A stretch of DNA of 64,000 nucleotides from positions 3,136,001 through 3,200,000 of the forward strand of contig OZ243972.1 of assembly GCA_965214705.1 (NCBI GenBank), read 5' to 3'. The stretch comes from Alphaproteobacteria bacterium. Lineage in GTDB: Bacteria; Pseudomonadota; Alphaproteobacteria; UBA828. Under the pieces are notes generated by a model, which saw only the letters and a program-made list of their open reading frames with translations, was not told the DNA's origin and made no database searches. Shown here piece after piece: positions 49,990-58,432 of the stretch. A program made the position numbers and the translations under genes. Numbering within the stretch: the stretch's first letter is position 1; every line of letters starts with the position of its first letter.

Positions 49990-50483
49990 GGTGCACCTCC
50001 CTCGGCGCGCATGTCGTCGGCCGCGTCGGCGATGGCCTCGAAAATCTTGGTGTAGCCGGTGCAGCGGCAGAGGTTGCCGCTCAGCCCTAGGCGAATGTCC
50101 TCTTCGCTCGGCTCCGGGTGCTCGTCGATGATCGCCTTGGCTGCGATGATGATGCCCGGAATGCAGTAGCCGCATTGCGCGGCGCCGCCGTCGGCGAACG
50201 CCTTCTGCAGCGGATGCGGCGAGTCCAGGTCGCCGAGGCCGGAGACGGTGGTGATCTCCTTGCCCGCCGCCATCCAGGCCAGCGTCAGGCAACTGTCCAC
50301 GGCCATGCCGTCGAGCAGCACGGCGCAGGCGCCGCAGTCGCCCTTCTCGCAGCCGCACTTCACCTCCATGTGGCCGAGGTGGCGCAGCGCCTCCAGCAGT
50401 GTGCGATGGGCCGGGAAGCGCCCTTCCTCCTCGCGGCCGTTGATGCGAAGCGTAATGATCCGTTCTTCAGGCATGAGCGTCAC
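49986..50483 (-). CDS. (2Fe-2S) subunit of a Mo-hydroxylase
   Basis: CGCEKGDCGAC, QCGYC, NLCRCTGY. Confidence 0.93.
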   Translation of the reverse strand: MTLMPEERIITLRINGREEEGRFPAHRTLLEALRHLGHMEVKCGCEKGDCGACAVLLDGMAVDSCLTLAWMAAGKEITTVSGLGDLDSPHPLQKAFADGGAAQCGYCIPGIIIAAKAIIDEHPEPSEEDIRLGLSGNLCRCTGYTKIFEAIADAADDMRAEGGAP

Positions 50484-50487
50484 TCCC

Positions 50488-51354
50488 TCAGGCCAGCCGG
50501 TCCCACGCCTGGGTCACCAGGCGCCGGGTCAGGGCTTCGACCGTGTGGCGGCGGTAGCCGGCGGAGGCCCGGATGTCGTCGATGGGCGTGCACGTACTCG
50601 CCGCCGCTTCGGCCGCCGCGTCGATCAGCGCTGGCGTCAGCGTCTGGCCTTCGAGCACCGCCTCCGCCTCCTTGACGCGGCGCACGACGGGCGCGACGGA
50701 CGCGAGCGCGATCCGCGCCCTGGTGCAGGTGCCGTCCGCCACCGACAGCGCCACCGCCACGCCGGTGACGGTGATGGCATCGCCCTTGCGCCGCGCCAGC
50801 TTGTAGAAGGTGTTCGCCGAGTTCTCCGGCAGCCGCGGCCATGAAATCCGGGTGATCAGCTCGTCCGGCCGGCGCGCATCCTGCTTGTAGCCGAGGTAGT
50901 AGTCGTCCAGCGCCAGCGTGCGCGTGCCGGATACGCTGGCCAGTTCCAACTCGGCGTCGAGCACGAGCAGCGGCGGCACCAGGTCCGCCGCCGGCGAGCC
51001 GCTCGCAATGTTGCCGGCGACCGTCCCGGTGTTGCGCACCATCAGGCCGCCGAAGAGGCGCGCGGCCTCGATCAGCGAAGGCGCTTCCCGTGCGATCTCC
51101 GGCGAGCGCAGCAGGTCGCTCACCGTGGTGCGCCCGCCGATGGAGATACGCTCCGGCCCGAACTCCATGCCGAGCAGCTCGTCCACCTCGCCAAGGCCCA
51201 CCATCCGGTCCGGCCGCTCGCGCTTCGCGCGAATGTCGACGATCAGGTTCGTGCCGCCCGCGATGGGCAGCACGGTCTCGCCGCCGCCGTTCGCCAGGGC
51301 CGCCAGGGCGCCGTCGAGATCGGTCGGAATGTCCAATTGAAACGGTGCGTACAT
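50488..51354 (-). CDS. FAD-binding subunit of a Mo-hydroxylase
   Basis: IAGGTNL, VRNTGTVAGN, PIDDIRAS. Confidence 0.9.
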   Translation of the reverse strand: MYAPFQLDIPTDLDGALAALANGGGETVLPIAGGTNLIVDIRAKRERPDRMVGLGEVDELLGMEFGPERISIGGRTTVSDLLRSPEIAREAPSLIEAARLFGGLMVRNTGTVAGNIASGSPAADLVPPLLVLDAELELASVSGTRTLALDDYYLGYKQDARRPDELITRISWPRLPENSANTFYKLARRKGDAITVTGVAVALSVADGTCTRARIALASVAPVVRRVKEAEAVLEGQTLTPALIDAAAEAAASTCTPIDDIRASAGYRRHTVEALTRRLVTQAWDRLA

Positions 51355-51376
51355 CCTGACGCCTCCCGCTATTGCC

Positions 51377-52159
51377 TCACACGTCCCAGCCGCCGTCGAC
51401 CGTGATGGCCTGGCCGGTGATCTGGCGGCTGTCCTCGCTCGCCATGAACAGCACGGCGTTGGCCACGTCCTGGCAGGTGGTGACACGCTTCAGGCACATC
51501 TCCTGAACGTATTCGTCGTAGACCTCGTCGATGGTCCAGCCGCGCACGCGGGCTTTCTCTTCGCAGAGCTTCTGCATGCGCGGCGTCTCGACGATGCCGG
51601 GGCAGACCGCGTTGACGTTGACGTTGTACTTGCCGACCTCCAGCGCGACCGTGCGCGTGATGCCGCGCACCGCCCACTTCGACGCGCTGTAGGCTGTCCG
51701 CATGGCGTAGCCGCGCAGGCCCGAGGTGCCGCCGATGTTGACGATCTTGCCGCTCTTCTGCGCGATCATGGTCGGCACCACGTGCTTGATGGGCAGGAAG
51801 GTGCCGATCTCGTTGGCCCTGATGACGTAGTCGAAGTCGGCCACGTCGATGTCCTGCACCGGCGTCTCGATGGGCCCGGTGACGCCCGCGATGTTGACCA
51901 GGATGTCGATGCGCCCGTCGAAGGCCTCAAGGGCCTTGTCGACCACGGCCTTGACCTCGGCATCTTCGGTCACGTCGCAGGCCACGACGTGGGCCTCGCG
52001 CCCGAGCGCGCGCACGTCCGCAGCGACCTGCTCGAGCGGCTGGGTGTCGCGGGCGGTCAGCACGACATCGGCGCCCTCGCGCGCGAGTGTCGTCGTGATG
52101 GCCGCGCCCATGCCCTTCGCGGCGCCGGTGACGATCGCCTTCTTGCCGTCCACTTTCAC
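51377..52159 (-). CDS. Short-chain dehydrogenase/reductase
   Basis: TGAAKGMG, NIAG, YSASK. Confidence 0.92.
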   Translation of the reverse strand: MKVDGKKAIVTGAAKGMGAAITTTLAREGADVVLTARDTQPLEQVAADVRALGREAHVVACDVTEDAEVKAVVDKALEAFDGRIDILVNIAGVTGPIETPVQDIDVADFDYVIRANEIGTFLPIKHVVPTMIAQKSGKIVNIGGTSGLRGYAMRTAYSASKWAVRGITRTVALEVGKYNVNVNAVCPGIVETPRMQKLCEEKARVRGWTIDEVYDEYVQEMCLKRVTTCQDVANAVLFMASEDSRQITGQAITVDGGWDV

Positions 52160-52184
52160 TGCACTGTTCTCCTGCTTGCGTCGC

Positions 52185-53780
52185 TCATTGGCCTCTCGTC
52201 TCGGGCTGCCCGTAACCGCCGCCGCCGCAACTCTCGACAATCACCACGTCGTCCCTGTCGAGGCGCAGGTTCGCCTTGCCCGGCATGTCCTCCCGGCGGC
52301 CGTCGGCGTGCGCGATGGTCACGCGGAAGGGCGCGCCGTCTTCGCCTCCTTGCAGGCCGTAAGGCGGCACCACACGCCGCTCGAACATCGAGGTCACCGA
52401 CATGTCGTCGGTGAGCACCCGGTAGGCGCGGTGCAGACCCTCGCCGCCCTGCTGCCGGCCAGCGCCGCCCGAGCCCTGGCGCAGGCGCTGGCACTCGATG
52501 CGGATCGGGAACTCGGCCTCCACCACCTCGGCCGGCGTGTTCATCACGTTGGACATGTGCACGCGCACCACCGGCGCGCCGTCGCGGTCGTGCCGCGCGC
52601 CTTCGCCGCCGCCGTGGACCTCGTAGAGCGTGGTCCAGGCGCCGTCCGCCCGCCTGCCGCCGAACAGCACGAGGCCCGACGTGGTCGGCCCGCCGGCGGA
52701 GATGCGCTCGGGCCCCACGGCTTCGAAGGCCTTGAACACGGCATCGGCGATCCGCTGCGAGGTCTCGTGATTGCCGCCCACCACGGGGCTCTCCGGGCCT
52801 GGATCGAGCAGGGAGCCGGGCCGGGTCACGATCTCCAGCGGCCGGTAGCAGCCGCCGCTCGGCTGGATCTCGGGGCCGAACAGGGTCTTCACCACGTAGA
52901 AGACCGAGGCCGCGGCGATGAAGGGCGTGGTGTTCACCGGCCCCCGCGCCGCGTCGTCGGTTTCGGAGAAGTCGAAGCGCGCGCCGTCACTTGCGATGGT
53001 GACGCGCACACGAACGGCGACCGGCCCGCCGCCGCCGGCATCGTCGTCGAGCCAGTCCGCGCCTTCGTAGGTGCCGTCAGGAATCGCGGCGAGGGCCGCG
53101 CGCATCTGCGCCTCGGCCCGGTCGTGGATCGCGCCGATGGCGGCCAATACTGTCTCCCGCCCGTGCTCCGCGCAGATGTGCTGCACGCGCTCGTCTGCGG
53201 CCCGGCTGGCGGCGACCTGCGCCAGGATGTCGCCCTCGCGCTCGTCGGCGCCCCGCACGTTGGCGCAGATCATGTCGAGCTTCTCGCGGTCGGGGCCGGC
53301 GGCGGTGAAGAGGCGGAAGGGCGGGATGCGCAGGCCTTCCTGCCAGGCGTCGGTGGCGCCGGCGACGTAGCTGCCGGGCACAGCGCCGCCGATATCCGCC
53401 CAGTGCGCGAGGCTCGCCGCGAAGGCCACGATGGAGCCATCCACGAAGATCGGCCGGATCGCCTTCACATCGGGCAGGTGGTTGCCGCCGACCTCGGGCA
53501 GATTGAGGAACCAGACATCGCCCGGTTCCAGCCTTTCCCTGGGCACCCGCTTCAGGAACTCGCGCACGGTGAAGCTCATCACCCCCATGTGCATGGGGAT
53601 GTCGCGGCCCTGGGCGATGAGGTGGCCGTCGGCATCGGTCAGCGCCGAGGAGAGATCGCCGGCCTCGCGCAGCAGCGGCGAGCGGGCCGAGCGCATGACC
53701 ACGAGCGACATCTCCTCCGCCGTCGCCGACAACGCATGGCGGATGACCTCGAGGGTCACCGGGTCCACGGCGCGGCTCAC
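52185..53780 (-). CDS. Hydantoinase B/oxoprolinase family protein
   Basis: DPVTLEV, GGNHLPD, HWADIGG, NTPAE, GGGGYG. Confidence 0.92.
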   Translation of the reverse strand: MSRAVDPVTLEVIRHALSATAEEMSLVVMRSARSPLLREAGDLSSALTDADGHLIAQGRDIPMHMGVMSFTVREFLKRVPRERLEPGDVWFLNLPEVGGNHLPDVKAIRPIFVDGSIVAFAASLAHWADIGGAVPGSYVAGATDAWQEGLRIPPFRLFTAAGPDREKLDMICANVRGADEREGDILAQVAASRAADERVQHICAEHGRETVLAAIGAIHDRAEAQMRAALAAIPDGTYEGADWLDDDAGGGGPVAVRVRVTIASDGARFDFSETDDAARGPVNTTPFIAAASVFYVVKTLFGPEIQPSGGCYRPLEIVTRPGSLLDPGPESPVVGGNHETSQRIADAVFKAFEAVGPERISAGGPTTSGLVLFGGRRADGAWTTLYEVHGGGEGARHDRDGAPVVRVHMSNVMNTPAEVVEAEFPIRIECQRLRQGSGGAGRQQGGEGLHRAYRVLTDDMSVTSMFERRVVPPYGLQGGEDGAPFRVTIAHADGRREDMPGKANLRLDRDDVVIVESCGGGGYGQPETRGQ

Positions 53781-55792
53781 GGGGCGGCTCCGGTAGCGAT
53801 GTGGAGGTGGCCAGCATCGTCGGCGGTGAGCGTGGCGCCGGGCGGCACGACCACGGTCGACCACGCATCGTCGACGATGACCGGCCCATCCAGCGAACTA
53901 TCCGGGCTCAGGCCCGCGCGGTCGTAGCGCGGCGTCGGCACCGATCCGCCGGAATCGAAGGTGCAGGGCTGCGTCTTGGTGGGGGAGGGCGGCTCGTTCG
54001 CCTTGGTCGCAGGGGCACGAACCTCGCCGTTGCGGGGCGCCGCGACGCGCATCCGGATCGAGACCAGCTCCCACGGCTCCTCCGTGGCGAAGCCGTAGAG
54101 CACCCGGTGGCGCTCCATGAAGGTGCGGCCCAGCTCCAGCGGGTCGTCGAGCGCCGCATCCGCGATCTCGATGGCGTAGCTCTGGCCGCTGTAGCGGACC
54201 GACGCCACTTCCTCGACCGTGAGCGTTGCGTCCTCGTGGCCGGCCGCCGAGAGCGGCGCGACGAGGGTCGCGCGGAGCTCCCGCCGCACGCCGTCCACGC
54301 GCGCCTGATCCCAGGCCTCTGCGGCCATGCGCAGCGTGCGCTGCTGCGCGTAGCTCATCTCCGCGCCGACGCAGCCCAATGCCGAGAACATGCTGGAATG
54401 GGCGGGGACCACCACCGTGCCGATGGAGAAGGCGCGGGCCAGCGCCACGGCGTGCATGGGCCCCGCGCCGCCGAAGGCGAGCAGCGTGCAGGTGCGTCCG
54501 TCGACGCCGCGCTCCACCGTGACCCGGCGCAGCGCTCGCAGCATCGCCGCGTTGGCCACCCTGGCCACGCCCAGAGCCGCAGCCTCCGGCGTCATGCCCA
54601 TGGCCGTACCGAGCGGCGCGATCACGTCGTGGGCCGCGCGCGCATCCAGGTGCACGTCGCCGCCCAGCACGCGGTCAGCGTCCATGTAGCCGAGCGCGAG
54701 GTTGGCGTCGGTCACGGTGGGCCGGTTTCCACCCTTGGCGTAGCAGGCGGGTCCGGGGATGGCGCCGGCGCTCTCCGGCCCCACCATGAGCGAGCCGTGA
54801 TCGAGCCGGGCAATGGAGCCGCCGCCCGCCCCGATGGACTCCACCGCCACCATGGGCTGGCGCAGGGGCCGCCCGCCGAGGGAGCGGTCGCTCGCGATCT
54901 GCGCCGCGCCGCCCAGGATCAGGCAGACATCGGTGGTGGTGCCGCCCATGTCGAAGCTGATGGCGCGTTCGATTCCCAGCGCGCGGGCCATGCGGCCGGC
55001 GGCAGCGACGCCGGCGGCGGGGCCCGAGGCGGCGAGCCCGAGGGGCAGGTCTCGGAGCGCCGCGGGCGAGGCCATGCCGCCGGCGGAGTGGAAGAGGTGC
55101 AGCCGGGAGGCCTCCGGTTTCGCCGCTTCCAGATCGTCCATGTACGCGGCGGCCAGCGGCATGACGCCGGCGCTCAGCGCCGTGGTCGCCGTCCGCTCGT
55201 ACTCGCGGGCCTCGGGATTGACCCGGTGCGAGAGCGCGACGAAGGGAAAGCGCGCGCGCAGCCGCGCGCCCAAGGCCTCCTCGTGGGCGGGGTTGGCGTA
55301 GGAATGCAGCAGCGAGACGGCGACCGCCTCGGCATCGCTCGCAGCGACGCGTCCGATCGCCTCCTCCACCGAGTCCGGGTCCAGCGCGGTCATGACCCGG
55401 CCGTCGTGGTCGAGCCGCTCGGTCACCTCGAAGCGGCGTTCGGCCGGCACCTGGGGTGTGAGCTTCGGCGGCAGGTCTAGCCGGTAGAGGTGGCGCCGGT
55501 TCTGGCGCCCGATGGCGAGCGTGTCCGAGAAGCCGCGCGTGGCGATCAGCGCGACCTTCGCGTGTGCACCCTGGATGATGGCGTTGGTGACGATGGTGGT
55601 GCCGTGGATCAGGTCGTCCACGTCCGCCCATTGGAGATCGACCGCGCCGAGCGCCGCCACCAGGCCCGCGATGCGGTCGTCGGTGCGGGAGGGGACCTTC
55701 GCGGCTCTCACCTCGCCGCGCGCCCGGTGATGGGCGATCACGTCGGTAAACGTGCCGCCGACATCGATACCGACTTGCCATCCCTTCGGCAC
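53777..55792 (-). CDS. Hydantoinase A/oxoprolinase family protein
   Basis: IDVGGTFTD, SGPAAG, DMGGTTTD, GAGGGS, FGGAGPMH. Confidence 0.93.
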   Translation of the reverse strand: MPKGWQVGIDVGGTFTDVIAHHRARGEVRAAKVPSRTDDRIAGLVAALGAVDLQWADVDDLIHGTTIVTNAIIQGAHAKVALIATRGFSDTLAIGRQNRRHLYRLDLPPKLTPQVPAERRFEVTERLDHDGRVMTALDPDSVEEAIGRVAASDAEAVAVSLLHSYANPAHEEALGARLRARFPFVALSHRVNPEAREYERTATTALSAGVMPLAAAYMDDLEAAKPEASRLHLFHSAGGMASPAALRDLPLGLAASGPAAGVAAAGRMARALGIERAISFDMGGTTTDVCLILGGAAQIASDRSLGGRPLRQPMVAVESIGAGGGSIARLDHGSLMVGPESAGAIPGPACYAKGGNRPTVTDANLALGYMDADRVLGGDVHLDARAAHDVIAPLGTAMGMTPEAAALGVARVANAAMLRALRRVTVERGVDGRTCTLLAFGGAGPMHAVALARAFSIGTVVVPAHSSMFSALGCVGAEMSYAQQRTLRMAAEAWDQARVDGVRRELRATLVAPLSAAGHEDATLTVEEVASVRYSGQSYAIEIADAALDDPLELGRTFMERHRVLYGFATEEPWELVSIRMRVAAPRNGEVRAPATKANEPPSPTKTQPCTFDSGGSVPTPRYDRAGLSPDSSLDGPVIVDDAWSTVVVPPGATLTADDAGHLHIATGAAP

Positions 55793-55854
55793 AGGCCTGC
55801 CTCCGGATGCCGGGTCGCCGGGCGGCCTTTCTTGCGGACCGTTACGGCGACCGA

Positions 55855-55887
55855 AGTTATCGAATATCGAAAGTTATTTCGATAACT
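55855..55887. promoter_or_regulatory. Inverted-repeat operator upstream of the hydantoinase operon
   Basis: AGTTATCGAA-N13-TTCGATAACT in an AT-rich patch; similar TCGA-rich patch at about 57405-57480 upstream of ccr. Possibly bound by the IclR (inference). Confidence 0.55.
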
Positions 55888-56020
55888 CGATAAAGATGCG
55901 CCGTCTCCGGGCGTCCGTCAACAGGAAATTTCGACAGTGCGGTGGAGTGGCCGGTGACAGGGTGACCCCCTGTCGCGCCGGAAGGCGCGCGGAATCGCAG
56001 GACGGCCGGCTGCCGTGAGC

Positions 56021-56065
56021 GATAAAGAAGCCGGAGCGTTTCCGTGCAAAACGGAAACGCTCCGG
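56021..56065 (-). terminator. Intrinsic terminator after the ccr-like gene
   Basis: Perfect 15-bp stem CCGGAGCGTTTCCGT/ACGGAAACGCTCCGG, 5-nt loop, followed by CTTCTTTAT on the minus strand. Confidence 0.7.
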
Positions 56066-56070
56066 AGGAG

Positions 56071-57303
56071 CTAAGACGCTCCTTGTCCAGGCTCCGTCGC
56101 GTTGACGAGCGCGGCCATGTTTCCATACGGGTGGCGGTTCTCGTACATCTGCTGATGCGCCTCGCCAATTTCGTCGAACGAGAAGGTGTGAGACAGGCAG
56201 GGGTCGACCTTCCGGTCCATGATCATCCGGTTTACGGCCGCAGCCTGCTCGTCGTTCGAAAGGTGGCTGCCCTGAAACCGCTTCTGCCGCATCCAGTGGT
56301 AGCGAAGGTCAAGTGTCGCGGTGTACCCGGTCGTTCCGGCGCAAATGACGATCATGCCGCCCGTCGCACACAGGAATCCCGAGGTCGGCAGCGTCGCCTC
56401 GCCCGGGTGCTCAAAGACGATGCGGGGGCTCGCCTTCTCGCCAGCCGCTTCCCAGAAGGCCTTGCCGAACGCCCGGGCGCCCTTGAACCACTGCCCCCAA
56501 TCCTTGCTGCTCGTGTCAGGCATCGGACCCCAGTGGTCGAAATCGTTCCGGTTGATCACGCCGACGGCGCCGTGGTCGAGACAGAACTGCCGTTTCTCTT
56601 CATCGGACACCACTGCCACCGGTTTGCCGCCGTTTGCCGTCACGATCTGGAGCGCCAGCGCGCCGAGCCCGCCGGCGGCGCCCCACACCAGCACATAGTC
56701 GCCCTCTTCGACGACGTTCGGCGACCAACCCATGAGCATTCGGTACGCAGTCGACGCGCAAAGCAGGTAGCAGCCGGCGGCCTCCCATGAGAGATGCTTG
56801 GGCTTCGGCTGACACTGGTGGGATTGGGCCCGGGCAAACTGGCAGTAGCTGCCGTAATTGGTCTGGTAGCCCCAGATGCGCGTGCTTTCGGCGAGCATGG
56901 GGTCGCGTCCGGACAGCACCCACGGGTCGTCCGGCTCCCACCAACCGCTATGGACGACGACTTCGTCACCGGGGCGGACGTTTGTCACCTGATCGCCGAC
57001 TGCGATCACGATGCCCGAGCAGTCGCTGCCACCCGCATGAAAGTCCTCCGGCTCTCCCTTCCTCTGCCGGTCGGCGATGACATCGACGGGCGTGCCGAGG
57101 GCCGCCCAGACGTTGTTGTAGTTGATTCCGGTTGCCATGACGTAGACGAGCACGTCGAGCGGACCGATTTCGGGGGTGTCGATGACTTCTCGCTGCCATG
57201 CGTCCTTGGGTTCGCCGAAACGATCCTGGCGCACGGCGAACGCATGCATCTTTTCCGGCACCTCACCCAGCGGCGGGCGGTCGCCGAGATCACATAGCTC
57301 CAT
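56071..57303 (-). CDS. ccr: Crotonyl-CoA carboxylase/reductase-like protein
   Basis: [48 protein letters not shown]. Confidence 0.85.
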   Translation of the reverse strand: MELCDLGDRPPLGEVPEKMHAFAVRQDRFGEPKDAWQREVIDTPEIGPLDVLVYVMATGINYNNVWAALGTPVDVIADRQRKGEPEDFHAGGSDCSGIVIAVGDQVTNVRPGDEVVVHSGWWEPDDPWVLSGRDPMLAESTRIWGYQTNYGSYCQFARAQSHQCQPKPKHLSWEAAGCYLLCASTAYRMLMGWSPNVVEEGDYVLVWGAAGGLGALALQIVTANGGKPVAVVSDEEKRQFCLDHGAVGVINRNDFDHWGPMPDTSSKDWGQWFKGARAFGKAFWEAAGEKASPRIVFEHPGEATLPTSGFLCATGGMIVICAGTTGYTATLDLRYHWMRQKRFQGSHLSNDEQAAAVNRMIMDRKVDPCLSHTFSFDEIGEAHQQMYENRHPYGNMAALVNATEPGQGAS

Positions 57304-57588
57304 TTGCTTCCTCCCCTCACGCTCCGCTATCCACATTGGGGACGAAGCCGCAGGCACTAGGTCTTCACGCGATAACCTGCCATCAGCAGCGCGTGTGTGC
57401 TTAAGCTATTTCGATATCTCGCTAATTGTCGAGTAAATCTGCTGCCGTGCTCTCCCCAGAATTCGAGTTATTGCCGAAACCCCGTTTTCCAGCACCACCG
57501 GCTTCGCCGGTGCGGTCCCCGACTCCGCAGCGCCGGTGTACCGGATCGCCGCATGGGCTCTCGAATCGGAAACCAAAGCCTCTTCGGT

Positions 57589-57740
57589 TTGGAGTTGCCC
57601 CGCTTTGGCGGACACCTGATCAGTTGGGAGAAAGGGGTCCACGATGTCGATGACACCTCCGCCCTATGTATCTGCGTTCCGTGAACGGATGGTCGAGCTG
57701 GTTCGCTCGGGCCGCTCACCGGAGGAGCTGGCTAGGTTCG
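57589..57740 (+). mobile_element. IS3-family remnant (left end + truncated orfA)
   Basis: TGGAGTTGCCCCGCTTTGGCGGACAC end, then MSMTPPPYVSAFRERMVELVRSGRSPEELAR. Confidence 0.7.
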
Positions 57741-57748
57741 GGCCGGGG

Positions 57749-58432
57749 TCATCCTGACTGAGGGGGCGGCAGTCCGAACAGGAAACGACGGCTGCCCGCC
57801 AGCTCGCGGCGGCGCTTCAGGTCCATGGTGCAATCCTCGGCGGCATCCAGGGCGCGCACGGCGCTCTCGTAGAGCGGGAGGGCTGCGGCGACGGCGATGG
57901 AGGGCCGGATGCGCTCCACGGTGAAGTCCAGCTTTTCGCGCGCCTGCGCGATGGTGTAGCGGCCGTCCCGCACCCAATCGACGGTGATCCAGTCCAGCGT
58001 CTCCAGAAACGAGAGCGAATCCGCCGCCTGCACGAAGTCGGCCTCCCAGCCGCCGCCGATCTCGTGCCGCAGGATGAGCCGGCGCACCCGTCGGATGAAC
58101 GCCTCGTCCGGCGCCGGCGTGCGGCTGCGCAGCCACTCCTCGACGATATTGGCGGAGCGGGTGGAGTGGGCAAAGAGATAGTCGGGATCGTCGAAGCCGT
58201 TGCTCGGCGTGCTGGAAGGGCCGCCGGGGAAGAACCGCTCGGCATCGTGCGTCAGCGCCGCGAACCTGAGTTCTGGCGAGGCCTCGGGGCAGATCTTGAT
58301 CGCCCACATCCGCGTCGCGATCAGGTGCTCCAGTTGGTAGAAGCCGTCCAGCCATTCCATCGCGTCGTCTTCCAGCGGCGAGAGCGCAGCGTTCGCGTAG
58401 CGGCCGCGGGCGGGATACTCCATGTCGGTCAC
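57749..58432 (-). CDS. HD-domain/DUF4202-like protein
   Basis: H...AALTHDAER...HS...RHE...QAADSLSFLE. Confidence 0.65.
   Translation of the reverse strand: MTDMEYPARGRYANAALSPLEDDAMEWLDGFYQLEHLIATRMWAIKICPEASPELRFAALTHDAERFFPGGPSSTPSNGFDDPDYLFAHSTRSANIVEEWLRSRTPAPDEAFIRRVRRLILRHEIGGGWEADFVQAADSLSFLETLDWITVDWVRDGRYTIAQAREKLDFTVERIRPSIAVAAALPLYESAVRALDAAEDCTMDLKRRRELAGSRRFLFGLPPPQSG

Noticed and set aside
46886-49996. 1036-aa ORF
   Set aside because: Off-frame GC-rich read-through over the Mo subunit; only the last 253 aa (IclR) are real.
45059-55480. Long plus-strand ORFs (958, 674, 692 and 559 aa)
   Set aside because: Antisense shadows of high-GC minus-strand genes.
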